A stretch of DNA of 64,000 nt from Patescibacteria group bacterium (GTDB lineage: Bacteria > Patescibacteriota > Patescibacteriia > UBA9934 > GWF2-40-263), in contig JBAZTR010000001.1 of the NCBI GenBank assembly GCA_041661745.1, positions 15,740 through 79,739 of the forward strand. Direction: 5' to 3'. The translations under genes were made by a program, and so were the position numbers. A model generated the notes under the pieces. That model was given only the letters and a program-made list of their open reading frames with translations, was not told the DNA's origin and searched no databases. Shown here in pieces: positions 46,514 to 58,000 of this stretch. The number at the start of each line of letters is the position of its first letter. The first letter of the stretch is position 1.

Positions 46514-47899
46514 ATGTTTCAGTTTTACAACACCCTTACTCGCCAAAAAGAGGAATTTAAATCCCTCCACGCCGGCCATGCTCGCATTTATACCTGCGGC
46601 CCGACAGTTTATTGGTTTGCGCATATTGGTAATTGGCGTTCGTATATTTTTTCCGATGTTCTGCGTCGAGCTTTGGAACAGAACGGTTTTAATGTTACGC
46701 AGGTCATTAATATTACTGACGTCGGTCATTTAGTCGGCGATGGTGATGAGGGTGAAGACAAAATGATCGTGGCCATGCAGCGTGAAGGAAAATCAGCTTA
46801 CGACATTGCTCGATTTTACGAAGCAGCGTTTATGGCCGATCGTGAAAAATTGAATATCTTGTCGGCCACGGTTTATCCGCGGGCCACTGAACATATTGCT
46901 GAGCAAATTGAGTTGGTTAAGAAACTCGAAGAAAACGGTTTTACTTATAAAACCACTGACGGGATTTATTTTGATACATCAAAGCTGCCAGAATATGGCC
47001 GTTTGTCCGGTCAAAAAGCCGAGGAAAAGCAAGGTGGAGCCCGGGTGGAGTTGGGCAAAAAGAAGAACGCCACAGATTTTGCTTTGTGGAAATTTTCACC
47101 AGCTGATTCGAAGCGTGAAATGGAATGGGAATCACCCTGGGGTGTTGGCTTCCCGGGTTGGCACTTGGAATGTTCAGCCATGTCTAAAAAATATCTAGGT
47201 GTGCCGTTTGATATTCATACCGGTGGGGAAGACCATGTTCCGGTGCATCATGAAAACGAAATCGCGCAAACCATGGGGGCTGACGGTGTGCTCGAAGCGA
47301 ATGTTTGGATGCATAATGCCTTTTTAATGTTTGATGGTGGCAAAATGAGTAAATCGCTAGGAAATATTTATACTTTGGTACAATTGGAAGAAAAGGAAAT
47401 AGAACCTTTGGCTTTCCGTCTCTTTTGTTTGGGCGCGCAATATCGCGCCAAACTTAATTTTACTTTTGAAGCCGCGCAAGCCGCACAAAATGCTCTCAAT
47501 AAACTTCGTGAAACCGTGCGTGATTGGGACGAACCCACTTCTGATATTTGCGAGGAATACAGAAAAAGATTTTCTGAAGCCATTGAAGACGACTTGAACA
47601 CCCCGCAAGCTTTGGCTGTTATGTGGGAGATGATTGGTGATTCTTCTTGTTGTTCCACGGCCGTTAAAGCCGCGACCTTGCTCGAATTCGACAAAATATT
47701 TGGCCTTGATTTGGGTAAATACATTGGAAAGAAAGTTGAAACACCCGACGCGGTTTTGGTTTTATTAAAACAACGAGAAGTAGCTAGAGAAAATAAGGAT
47801 TGGGGTGAAGCCGATCGCTTGCGCGATGAAATTGCCACACTTGGCTTTGTTGTCGAAGATTCTCCACAGGGGCAAAAAATTAAAAGTGTGCTAAAATAA
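46514..47899 (+). CDS. cysS: Cysteine--tRNA ligase
   Basis: YTCGPTVY..AHIGN, GFPGWHLECSAM, HHENEIAQ, KMSKS. Confidence 0.97.
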   Translation: MFQFYNTLTRQKEEFKSLHAGHARIYTCGPTVYWFAHIGNWRSYIFSDVLRRALEQNGFNVTQVINITDVGHLVGDGDEGEDKMIVAMQREGKSAYDIARFYEAAFMADREKLNILSATVYPRATEHIAEQIELVKKLEENGFTYKTTDGIYFDTSKLPEYGRLSGQKAEEKQGGARVELGKKKNATDFALWKFSPADSKREMEWESPWGVGFPGWHLECSAMSKKYLGVPFDIHTGGEDHVPVHHENEIAQTMGADGVLEANVWMHNAFLMFDGGKMSKSLGNIYTLVQLEEKEIEPLAFRLFCLGAQYRAKLNFTFEAAQAAQNALNKLRETVRDWDEPTSDICEEYRKRFSEAIEDDLNTPQALAVMWEMIGDSSCCSTAVKAATLLEFDKIFGLDLGKYIGKKVETPDAVLVLLKQREVARENKDWGEADRLRDEIATLGFVVEDSPQGQKIKSVLK

Positions 47900-47905
47900 T
47901 CAAGT

Positions 47906-48430
47906 ATGGATTCTCCGTTGGGTAAGGAAGTCAAGAAAGAAAACCCACAAGAATTAATTGGTCCACCGGAGCCGCCAAAAGAGGCGCCGGAAATTGTTGT
48001 ATCCGAAACAAAAGAAGTATCGCCAGTTTTAGAACAACCGAAAGAAACTCCTGTTGCTACTCCCGAGGCTCCATTGCCGCCGCCCCCAGCAGCCGCAACT
48101 TTGGCTGCAGCCTCGGTTCCGCCGGTGGCTAAAGACGAATTTACTCAAGAAATTGAAAGCATTTTGTCCGAAGATTTAACTGATTTGTTTTTGAAAATGA
48201 CCCCCGAGCAGCAGGAGGAATTTCAGGCCAAGGGTGAAGAAACGGCTTCTAAAATTCGTATTATCTTATCATCAGCCAAAGTGGGAATGAAAAAAATCCT
48301 CGTACTTATCAGTGAATGGCTAAAGTTGATTCCCGGGGTCAATAAATTCTTCCTTGAGCAGGAAGCAAAAATAAAAACAGATAAAATCCTTCTTAACGCC
48401 GAAGAATTTCGGAAAGAAGGAAAACTATAA
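47906..48430 (+). CDS. Hypothetical protein with Pro/Glu-rich N-terminus
   Basis: Tightly packed in the operon; helical C-terminus WLKLIPGVNKFFLEQEAKIKTDKI. Confidence 0.7.
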   Translation: MDSPLGKEVKKENPQELIGPPEPPKEAPEIVVSETKEVSPVLEQPKETPVATPEAPLPPPPAAATLAAASVPPVAKDEFTQEIESILSEDLTDLFLKMTPEQQEEFQAKGEETASKIRIILSSAKVGMKKILVLISEWLKLIPGVNKFFLEQEAKIKTDKILLNAEEFRKEGKL

Positions 48431-48433
48431 GCC

Positions 48434-51025
48434 ATGTTTCTATCATTGTGGGCGGCCTTTTTGGCCGAAGAAGAGTCAACAATCGCAATACCGGGCGTCG
48501 CGGCATCAAGCGACGGGTTTTTTGCATTGATTATTTTGTCGGTGTTAGTGATTGGCGGATTAGCCTTTGTTGGATTATTAATTGCCCGATTCTTTTTATT
48601 GCGGCGTGTGCATGGGCGGACGGGTGGGTTGGAGTTAGTGGTTTTACAAATTTCTATTCCAAAATTTCGGCGGGCCGAGGAAGCGACTAAGGAGATTAAT
48701 ATCGAACAAATTCGCCAGCAGGTAGCCATAGCCGAATCTTTATTTGCTGCCGTCGGCGGTCTTAAAGCCCAGAAAAAATTTAAGCATTGGTTATTCGGTC
48801 GAACCGATGAAATGGCTTTTGAAATCGTCGCTAAAGATAAAATGATTTATTTTTACGTGGCTATTCCAAAATTTTTACAATCACGACTGGAGGAACAGAT
48901 TTCCGCGGTTTATTCCGATGCTCACTTGGAACAAGTTGAAGATTACAATATTTTTTCGCCCACCGGCACGGTGGCTGGAATGTACCTAACTTTTAAACGA
49001 CCGGTCGGTTTTCCCATTAAGACTTACCAAAAAATGGAGACCGATCCGTTAAACGCCCTAACCAACGCTTTATCAAAAATTGAAGATGGTGAAGGTGTGG
49101 TTATTCAGTATGTGGTTCGCTCGGCACGAGCCAGTTGGCGCAAAAAAGGTTTGGCCGTGGCCAAAAGTTTACAACAAGGGGCTTCGTTTGACGAAGCCAT
49201 GGCCGGCCACACCCCGGGAAAATCTAAAGATGGCTTTTTTTCATTTCTAAAAAATGAACCGACAAAACCACAACAAGAACAATCGTTTAGAGTTTCTTCG
49301 ACAACCGAAGAGGCTATTAAAAGTATTGAACAAAAAGCTAGCAAAGCCGGCATGGACGCCAATATTCGTTTAATTGTCTCCACGCCAAGTCCGGAACGGG
49401 CCGAAGCGACTTTGGCCAACTTGTTTACGGCTTTTTCGCAGTACAGTACCTATCAATTCGGTAACGCTTTTGGTAAAGCTGTGCCACGCAGCAAGGAACG
49501 CATGGTTAGACGGTTTATTTATCGAACTTTTGAAGAGCGTTACAAAGTTGTTTTAAATACGGAGGAAATGGCCAGTTTGTGGCACCTGCCGTTACCGACC
49601 ACCGAAACGCCGAACATTCAGTGGATGGCGGCGCGTCGCGGGGCAGCTCCGTCGGAAATTCCAGGTCCGGCCGAGGAAAATATTTTTCTTGGTAGCAATT
49701 TTTATCGCGGCAAAAAAACGCCAATTTACATTAAAAAAGGTGATCGGCAGCGTCACATGTATTTAATCGGTAAATCTGGTACTGGTAAAACGGAATTCAT
49801 GACTTCCATGATTTTGCAGGATATTAAAAATGGCAGTGGAGTGTGCGTGATTGATCCGCACGGCGATTTGGTTGATCGTATCGCCGGTAGTATTCCCAAA
49901 GAGCGCGTTGATGACGTTATTATTTTCGATCCGGCTGATACCGATCGTCCGGTTGGTTTAAACATGTTGGAAGCCAAGACCGAAGATCAAAAAGATTTCG
50001 TTTGCCAAGAAATGGTTTCTATTTTCTACAAACTTGTTACTGATCCGTCCATGATTGGCCCGATGTTTGAGCATCAAATGCGCAACGTCATGTTGACCTT
50101 AATGGCTGATGAAGAAAATCCCGGCACCTTGGCCGAAATTCCGCGCATGTTTACCGATCAAGAATATGCTGATCAGTGGATCGCCAAATTAAAAGATCCG
50201 ATGGTTCGCAATTTTTGGGATAAAGAAATGGCCAAAACTTCTGATTTTCATAAATCAGAAATGTTGGGTTACTTAATTTCCAAAGTTGGCCGCTTTGTCG
50301 AAAACGAAATGGTCCGTAATATTATCGGCCAGTCGCACAGCAGTTTTGATTTCCGCGAAATCATGGATAACAATAAAATTCTTTTGGTTAAACTTTCCAA
50401 AGGTTTGGTTGGGGAAATTAACGCCAACTTGCTCGGTTTGATTATCGTTTCTAAACTGCAAATGACCGCCCTTGGCCGAGCTAACATGGACGAAAGTCTA
50501 CGCAAAGACTTCTATTTGTACATCGACGAGTTCCAAAACTTTGTCACCAATTCCATTGCCACTATTTTGTCTGAGGCTCGCAAATATCGTTTGTGTCTGG
50601 TCATGGCTCACCAGTATTTGAACCAGTTGGTTGATAACCAGGGCAAAGCCGAGGTGCGCGACGCTGTGCTTGGTAACGTTGGCACAACCTTTGTCGCTCG
50701 CGTTGGACCGGAAGACACGGAGATTTTACAAAAAATATACGAACCGTATTTTTCCGGTTATGATTTGATTAACTCGGAAAAGTTTACCTGGTACACCAAA
50801 ATGATTGTCGATAACACGGCTGTAAAACCTTTCACACTCTCGACTTTTAACAAGAACCTACCCAGAGGTAACCCTGAATTGAAAAAAGCTATATTTGAAC
50901 TTTCACGGCTCAAATATGGTCGCGACAAGGCTTTGGTTAATGCGGAAATCATGGAGCGTGCCAATTTGGGTGGCGCAAATTCGCCCGAAGCTGACTTGAA
51001 TCCGGTTGGCGAATCAGCCTTATAA
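48434..51025 (+). CDS. Membrane-anchored VirD4/TraD/HerA-like (DUF87) ATPase
   Basis: N-terminal TM; RHMYLIGKSGTGKT, VIDPHGDL, LYIDEFQNF, ILSEARKYRL, AHQYLNQL. Confidence 0.85.
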   Translation: MFLSLWAAFLAEEESTIAIPGVAASSDGFFALIILSVLVIGGLAFVGLLIARFFLLRRVHGRTGGLELVVLQISIPKFRRAEEATKEINIEQIRQQVAIAESLFAAVGGLKAQKKFKHWLFGRTDEMAFEIVAKDKMIYFYVAIPKFLQSRLEEQISAVYSDAHLEQVEDYNIFSPTGTVAGMYLTFKRPVGFPIKTYQKMETDPLNALTNALSKIEDGEGVVIQYVVRSARASWRKKGLAVAKSLQQGASFDEAMAGHTPGKSKDGFFSFLKNEPTKPQQEQSFRVSSTTEEAIKSIEQKASKAGMDANIRLIVSTPSPERAEATLANLFTAFSQYSTYQFGNAFGKAVPRSKERMVRRFIYRTFEERYKVVLNTEEMASLWHLPLPTTETPNIQWMAARRGAAPSEIPGPAEENIFLGSNFYRGKKTPIYIKKGDRQRHMYLIGKSGTGKTEFMTSMILQDIKNGSGVCVIDPHGDLVDRIAGSIPKERVDDVIIFDPADTDRPVGLNMLEAKTEDQKDFVCQEMVSIFYKLVTDPSMIGPMFEHQMRNVMLTLMADEENPGTLAEIPRMFTDQEYADQWIAKLKDPMVRNFWDKEMAKTSDFHKSEMLGYLISKVGRFVENEMVRNIIGQSHSSFDFREIMDNNKILLVKLSKGLVGEINANLLGLIIVSKLQMTALGRANMDESLRKDFYLYIDEFQNFVTNSIATILSEARKYRLCLVMAHQYLNQLVDNQGKAEVRDAVLGNVGTTFVARVGPEDTEILQKIYEPYFSGYDLINSEKFTWYTKMIVDNTAVKPFTLSTFNKNLPRGNPELKKAIFELSRLKYGRDKALVNAEIMERANLGGANSPEADLNPVGESAL

Positions 51026-51040
51026 AACAAAAACAAAATT

Positions 51041-51658
51041 ATGAACGACGACGAATTGTTGGAAGATGATTTTAGTTTCGAGCCAGAACCGGAGGAAGCG
51101 CCGCGTAAAAGCGAACCTGACCCGCGTCTGGCTTTGGCAAAAAAGATTTTAAAGCAACTCCACGAAAATTTGGGGAATGTTATTGACTTACTCGATGGAG
51201 GAAATATCGAGGAAGCGAACACTGATTTTGCCAAACTGGTGGCTTCAAAAAAAGAAGCCGAGCATACACTTGATGATATTTCCGGATCCCGCGTAATTGA
51301 AGGCGTCTTTGATGGCCAAGCCATGATTGGTTCTGATGGCAAAAGTTATGCTGTACCGCCCAACTATGCCTCCAAATCTCGCCTGGTTGAGGGTGACATG
51401 TTAAAACTCACCATTAAACGCGATGGTACTTTCTTGTTTAAACAAATTGGCCCCATCGAACGCGCTCGTTTGGTAGGCAAGTTGGCTTTTGATGCCTCGG
51501 TTGGAACATTTGTCGCCATGATCGGCGAACAAAATTATAAACTTATAACAGCCAGTGTCACCTTTTTTCACGGTGAACCGGGCGACGAAATTGTCGTTTT
51601 GGTTCCGAAAAATACGCCCAGCGTTTGGGCAGCCGTGGAGAACGTGGTGAAGAAATAA
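51041..51658 (+). CDS. Hypothetical protein
   Basis: Intact ORF in the operon; IEGVFDGQ.MIG.DGKSY.VPPNYASKS.LVEGD.LKLTI. Confidence 0.7.
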   Translation: MNDDELLEDDFSFEPEPEEAPRKSEPDPRLALAKKILKQLHENLGNVIDLLDGGNIEEANTDFAKLVASKKEAEHTLDDISGSRVIEGVFDGQAMIGSDGKSYAVPPNYASKSRLVEGDMLKLTIKRDGTFLFKQIGPIERARLVGKLAFDASVGTFVAMIGEQNYKLITASVTFFHGEPGDEIVVLVPKNTPSVWAAVENVVKK

Positions 51659-51685
51659 TTTTTTTATTATACTAACGTCGTGTGT

Positions 51686-54600
51686 ATGTATTGGACTAAT
51701 AATTTTAAGAAAATATCATTGTACACGGGTTTGTTTTTATTTTCATTCTCGCTGTTTTTTTTGGTTTGGAATGTCGCTTATGGAGCCAGTCCTGTTACGG
51801 ATTTTGTGCATTTTGACGGAGACGCCTCGGACAATTGGGCGGGCTTTAGTTCAGAGATGATGGATTTCAACAACGATGGAAACGATGACCTTGTTATTGG
51901 TGTAATTTCTGAAGGGACGGTAGGTGCGGAAGTTGGAGCAATTTATATCATCTATGGGGATGGTTCGACCTGGACATCGATGTCAATAGCGGATGCGGAT
52001 GTAAAAATTACCGGGGCGACAGATTCAAATGGGATTGCCTATATGGGGAAAGAAATTATTAATGCCGGCGACGTGGATGGAGATGGAATAGATGATTTAC
52101 TTTTTGGGGCTGAACGAGGAGAAGGAAATAGTATTTTAGATAACGGGCTTGCCTTTTTAGTCTATGGCGGGCAAGGTTTGAGTGGAACGTATAGTGCAAA
52201 CAATATTGGCACAACGATCGCCGGCGCGACATTCTATGGAACAGTCGCACAGGAACAGGCCGGCTCACGATTGTCTGCAGGTGATTTTAACAATGATGGG
52301 TACAATGATCTTTTGGTGAGCGGTATCCTTTATGCCACCGGATTGGCCCAACGAGGTGCAGGATATTTGATTTACGGGGATGATACACGTTTGAGTGGCA
52401 CGAACGCATTGTCAAATGTCGGGGGCTCCATTGCCGGGGTTACTTTTGTTGGAGCCGCGGCCGGAGATCGACTTGGGAAAGGGGTTCGCATGATTGATGT
52501 TGATGGGGATGGCTATGATGATGTGCTTGTGAGTGCAACACTTGCACATTATGGTGGAATCGCAGACGTTGGGGTGACTTATCTCATTTATGGCAACCAA
52601 ACGTTAGTGAGTCCGGTGGATGTTTCAAATGTTGGCGGAAGTGTGACTGGGGCATCATTTTATGGAGAAGTCTTAAATGATTCCTCGGGAAACGATATCA
52701 TGGGCGGATTTTTCAACGAGGATGCTTATGGCGATTTTAGTATTTTTGCAAATGCGGCTGACAACGGAGCTATTAGCAATGTAGGCGTGAACTATTTGAT
52801 CTTCGGGGCCGCGACGCGTTTTACAGGAGCAAATGCGCTAAGTGGCGTGGGTACCACCATTTCAGGATTGAAATTCGTGGGCGAAGGGGAAAGCGATCGG
52901 TTTGGAAATTATTTTACGTCCGCAGATATCAATAATGATGGACTGAAAGAGTATATTGTGACCGCAACATCCAATGATAATGGCGGGGCAATTACGGATA
53001 GTTATGGAGCAATGTACATTGTTTATCGCAATCAGGTGCTTACAAGCCCCATCCTTGCCTCAACCATCGGGACAACGGTAAGCGGAGTAAAATTTGTTGG
53101 AGAAGAGTTAGGCGGGCTTTTGGGGTTTGATGTGACAAATATTGGAGACGAAAACGGCGACCATTATGAGGATGTTTTGGTGGGCGCGTATAAGGTAGAT
53201 GTTGGTGCTTATACAGATGCCGGTAAGGTCTATTTGGCCTATTTTTATATTGACGCGGATCACGACGGTTATCCGGGCACCGCGGGAGTTTTTGATGGTA
53301 CGGATAAGGATGACGCCGATCCGCTTGTACTTGATAGTTGGCATCCGACGATTACAGGCGTCAGTGGGGTTGAGGCAACGGACGGAGGTGGGGAAGTGAC
53401 GGTCACATTTACATTGGATGACCCGGACAATGACGATAATTGCCAAGCAAAAATTGAATACAGTATTGATGGAGGTTCAACTTGGAGTGATCCGACAATA
53501 AGCACCACGAATAGTGATACCACGGCCACCTATGGTGATCCGGACATTGATAATTCGGCCACGTATCAAGTGGGAAAGGCTGGAGCGTATATCACTACCT
53601 CTTCTGGAGCCAACACCGTGGTTGTTAAATGGAATTCGTTGGTCGATGTTCCCACGGCTAATGTTTCAAATGCGCAAATCCGTGTGACTCCTTATGACAG
53701 TCATGCCCCGGGCACTGCGGTCGCGTCTTCGAATTTTATTTTAGATAACGTTGACCCGGCCAGTCTTGCTTCTCTAGCCTACGGCACGTCCACTTACAAT
53801 ACTCTCTCCGTTACCTGGACGGCTGCCACTGATACCAATTTTGACCACTACGAACTTTGGTATGGGACAAACCAAAGTGATGTTGATAGTCTCACCGGCA
53901 CGGCCGCGGAATGGGATAATAGTGATGATGCGGCACTGACCACAGCCACCACAGCTGTCACGACAATTACTAACCTTTCTTCGTTTACAACCTATTACTT
54001 TAAAATATTTGCCATCGATGATTACGGAAACGAATCAACTTTAAGCTCTGTTAGTGCGCGGACGACCAAGAAGGGTTCATCGAGCGGCAGCGGTTCAATC
54101 ACGCCAGCTCAATTGTCAAACTTCGCCGTGATTCAAAAGAACTTTCCTACAGCTACAACCATAAAGACTGGCGAAGCGACCAGCTTCTCTTGGTTGTCAA
54201 CTAAGATCGGCTATTTAATCAATCTTTGGTATTCCCTGGACAATGGGGAAACCTATATAAAAATTGTCGGGCCGGCCGCTGACACCGAAACCTACGAGTG
54301 GACCACACCTAGTAATCTTTCCGGCACTAAAATTATTTTTAAATTGGAGTTAACTGACTCAATAGTAATTCTCGATACCGAGATCACAGAGTTTTCTATT
54401 TTTACGGAAGCAATCGAAGAGGATGTTCAAGAAGAGATAAGTATCATTGGTGCGGTGCTAGAAAGTGTCTTCGGCGGCCGCTGGGAAATTAATCTCGAAG
54501 AATCAGGTATTACCGAAGTTTTCGGCGACTTTCCGGAAACAGTTTCCATTGGTTCACTCATCAAACTGCCTGATGATGGCGACCTCACCACTCAATTCGA

Positions 54601-54952
54601 TTCTGCCGTTTACTACGTCGGGGTCGATAAACGTCGCCACGCCTTTCCCAATGAATCTGTCTATAAAACCTGGTTTCCCGACTTCTACGACATCAGAACC
54701 GTTGATCAAACCACTATGGCCAGTATTCCTTTGGGACCAATGGTGACTTATCGTCCCGGTTCAACCTTGGTTAAATTTCCTTCAGTTCCTAAAGTTTATT
54801 CCATTGATTCCACCGGCTGCCTTCACTGGCTAACCTCAAGGGAACTAGCTATCGACATGTATGGCACAGACTGGGCCGAGATTGTCAAAGACGTTTCCGA
54901 AGCCTTCTGGTCCAGTTACTGTTTCGGTGATGATCTGGTTGCCTCGCGATAA
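51686..54952 (+). CDS. Secreted surface protein: FG-GAP/integrin-alpha beta-propeller repeats, FN3-like domain, conserved C-terminal module
   Basis: Signal peptide; seven repeats such as DFNNDGNDDLVIG, GDVDGDGIDDLLFGA, GDFNNDGYNDLLV, DVDGDGYDDVLV, GDENGDHYEDVLVGA; LSVTW...YYFKIFAIDDYGN. Confidence 0.85.
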   Translation: MYWTNNFKKISLYTGLFLFSFSLFFLVWNVAYGASPVTDFVHFDGDASDNWAGFSSEMMDFNNDGNDDLVIGVISEGTVGAEVGAIYIIYGDGSTWTSMSIADADVKITGATDSNGIAYMGKEIINAGDVDGDGIDDLLFGAERGEGNSILDNGLAFLVYGGQGLSGTYSANNIGTTIAGATFYGTVAQEQAGSRLSAGDFNNDGYNDLLVSGILYATGLAQRGAGYLIYGDDTRLSGTNALSNVGGSIAGVTFVGAAAGDRLGKGVRMIDVDGDGYDDVLVSATLAHYGGIADVGVTYLIYGNQTLVSPVDVSNVGGSVTGASFYGEVLNDSSGNDIMGGFFNEDAYGDFSIFANAADNGAISNVGVNYLIFGAATRFTGANALSGVGTTISGLKFVGEGESDRFGNYFTSADINNDGLKEYIVTATSNDNGGAITDSYGAMYIVYRNQVLTSPILASTIGTTVSGVKFVGEELGGLLGFDVTNIGDENGDHYEDVLVGAYKVDVGAYTDAGKVYLAYFYIDADHDGYPGTAGVFDGTDKDDADPLVLDSWHPTITGVSGVEATDGGGEVTVTFTLDDPDNDDNCQAKIEYSIDGGSTWSDPTISTTNSDTTATYGDPDIDNSATYQVGKAGAYITTSSGANTVVVKWNSLVDVPTANVSNAQIRVTPYDSHAPGTAVASSNFILDNVDPASLASLAYGTSTYNTLSVTWTAATDTNFDHYELWYGTNQSDVDSLTGTAAEWDNSDDAALTTATTAVTTITNLSSFTTYYFKIFAIDDYGNESTLSSVSARTTKKGSSSGSGSITPAQLSNFAVIQKNFPTATTIKTGEATSFSWLSTKIGYLINLWYSLDNGETYIKIVGPAADTETYEWTTPSNLSGTKIIFKLELTDSIVILDTEITEFSIFTEAIEEDVQEEISIIGAVLESVFGGRWEINLEESGITEVFGDFPETVSIGSLIKLPDDGDLTTQFDSAVYYVGVDKRRHAFPNESVYKTWFPDFYDIRTVDQTTMASIPLGPMVTYRPGSTLVKFPSVPKVYSIDSTGCLHWLTSRELAIDMYGTDWAEIVKDVSEAFWSSYCFGDDLVASR

Positions 54953-54968
54953 TAACAAACATACAAAT

Positions 54969-54996
54969 AAACACCCGGGAATTTCGGGTGTTTTTG
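54969..54996 (+). terminator. Intrinsic terminator
   Basis: AAACACCCGG-gaatt-TCGGGTGTTTTT. Confidence 0.8.
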
Positions 54997-55052
54997 TTTG
55001 TGGATAAACTCAGAAGTTTTTTCTGTTTTGTGCTAAAATAGAATCAAATTTT

Positions 55053-58000
55053 ATGGCGCTAAAAAGGAATAATCCTAATTGGATAAACCGATTTTTTTCG
55101 GTTAGTTTTTTGTTTATTGTGGCTCTCTTGTTTTTCAGAGCCAGCCCGACTCTTGCTGCGGCTGTCTCTTGGGACAGTGGTGGGGCCAACAATGATTGGG
55201 AAACCGCAGCCAACTGGTCAGGCGACGCTGTGCCGACCGATGCTGATGACGTAACGATTGATTACGCTGAAACAATTAATATCAATGCAACGACGACGAT
55301 TAATTCTTTGACCGTTGGCGGCACAAACGCGACAGTTTTGAATTTTGATTACGATGCGCTGACTGCGGGAGCACTTATTATCGACGCCGGGGCTTTGACT
55401 GTGGCGGCGAACGGAACGATTACTCATACAGCTGGTTCAACAACCTCGGTGCTTGGCTCAGTTTATATTGATGTACAAACTGGAGGTGCCACAATCACAG
55501 GAACAATTAATGTGGACGCAAAAGGATACACAGAGGGATATGGGACAGGTGTCGGAGGAAATAACTTTTCCGGAGGAGGATTTGGTGGTGAGGGCGGCCG
55601 AGGGGAAAGCGGAACAAGCGGTACAACCTATGGCTCAATCACAGCACCGGTTAGTTTGGGTAGCGGTGGAAACTCATATTGTGGCGCTTCGTCAGGGCAT
55701 GGAGCTGGTGCCGTTCGATTGCATGTCGCTGGGGAACTTAGCGTGGCTGGCAGTATTTCAGCCGTCGGAGGCGATGGCACTGCCTGGTGTGCTGGCGCCG
55801 GTTCAGGTGGGTCGATTTATTTGGATGCAGGAACAATTTCAGGGGCCGGAACAATTTCTGTAAATGGAGGAGCAGACACAAACGGAGAATTACGAGGCGG
55901 TCATGGGGGTGGGGGTCGCGTTGCCATGTATTACGACACAAAAACCTATTCAGGAGGTTTAACCGCATATACGGGATCCTTCGGGAGTAACACTTATTAT
56001 GGTGGGGCTGGAACAATTTACGTTAAGGATAACGCACAGCCCAATGGTGATTTAACAATCGATAATAATTCAAAGGACAATACCACGAGCGATACGGCGA
56101 TTGGAAAGACAAATCTTTCCACCGCGACCTATAAAACGCTTACGATTTCCAATGATGGTCACATCGATATCCAGTCTGGACAGACACTTACCTATACGAC
56201 GCTCACCTGGACCGGTGGAAACATAACAGATAGCGGAGGAACGCTAAATACCGTAACGACCGGGGATGTTGTGATCCCAGCGAGTTCCTATTTCTATGCC
56301 AATGGGAATTATACTGGAGCCAGTGCTTGGACGACATTGCTCGTGAACGGGGTGCTCACACATTCAAACAATGTGAACCTAGCAACATATGATTTGGATG
56401 TAGAGACGACCAGCACGGCAGAAATTGCTGCAGGCGGTTCAATTGATGTTTCCGGTCGGGGTTTTACAAAAGGGAATGGAACCGGCACTGGTAGTGGACA
56501 AGGTGCTGCGGGTGGGCATGGTGGCCAGGGCGGACCAGGTGATGGAACAGGTGGAGGAGTTTATGGTTCCATTACAGCCCCAATTACGCTTGGGAGCGGT
56601 GGAAATAGCAGCTGCGGAAGCGGTGGGCAAGGGGGTGGGGCAGTGAAATTAACTATTGGCACGACATTGACCGTGACGGGAGACATTCTTGCTTCTGGGA
56701 GCAATGCAAGCAACGATTGGTGTTCCGCAGCTGGTGCTGGGGGGTCAATTTATTTGGATGTTACAACAATGGCGGGCGCAGGGGCGATGACTGCTGGTGG
56801 TGGAAATGCAGTAAATGGGGAGCTTCGAGCTGGGGGCGGAGGTGGAGGACGAATCGCATATTATTACGATTCTTCAACTTATTCGGGCACGGTAACTGCA
56901 TATGGTGGATATCAGGCATCGAATTACTATATCGGGGCGGCAGGAACGATTTATGAAAAAGATAACGATGACGCGAATGGTGATTTAAAAATTGATAATA
57001 ATAGCCACGATAATGCAACGTACGATGCATGGCTTGCGCGAACCCCACTTACCCCAACAAGCACTCCTCTTTCTCTGACAGTAGATTCACTCACCCTCTC
57101 CAACGATGGCCACCTATTACTCACCGCAGATACTACCATCGATTACACCACAATTTCCTGGACCGGAGGGAATATTACGGATCGTGGAGGTGTCATGAAT
57201 GATTTGCTGGGTAGCAGTGTTGACATGACCATTCCAACCGGATCAATGTTTTATGCAGATTACGCGCGCACGTTAAATAGTTTGACGGTCGATGGAACTC
57301 TTACACACTCGCAAAATTATTCCACGGCAACATATCGCATGAATTTGACCGTTACCACGGACATGACGATTTCTGCTTCGGGTTCCGTAACTGCTTACGG
57401 GAAGGGTTTTGTGGGTCAGCAAGGGAATGCGACGGGAAAAGGATACAGTACAAACTCTGGTGCGGGATATGGAGGGCAAGGGTATGGGGTGAACACTTCT
57501 TACGGAAACGTCTATGGATCAATTACTGCTCCAACAGATTTGGGAAGTGGTGGAGGAAGCTATATTGGTTGGGCAACGGATGCGAAAACGCTTTACGGTG
57601 GTGGTGCTATCCAACTTACTGTCGGGGGCGAACTAGATGTTTCAGGGTCGATAAATGTCAATGCGTTCACGGGGAGCACGATCTATTGTGATGGAGCCGG
57701 TCAGGGATCCGGCGGGTCAATTTATCTTGATGCCGGCACGCTTTCCGGAGCCGGTTCAATGACAGCGAATGGAGGAATCCCATGTCATGCCAATGGTGGG
57801 GGCGGTGGCGGTGGTCGTATTGCAATTCATTACACCACAAATTCTTCGACACTAGTACCGACAGCATATGGTGGGTGGATCACGGGCGGTGTTAGATTTG
57901 GTGGTGCTGGAACAGTTTATTGGAACGATAAAGATGGCACCGACAATTTAGTGATTGATAATAATAGCCACGATTATACCAGTTCAGTAATTGGATATAA

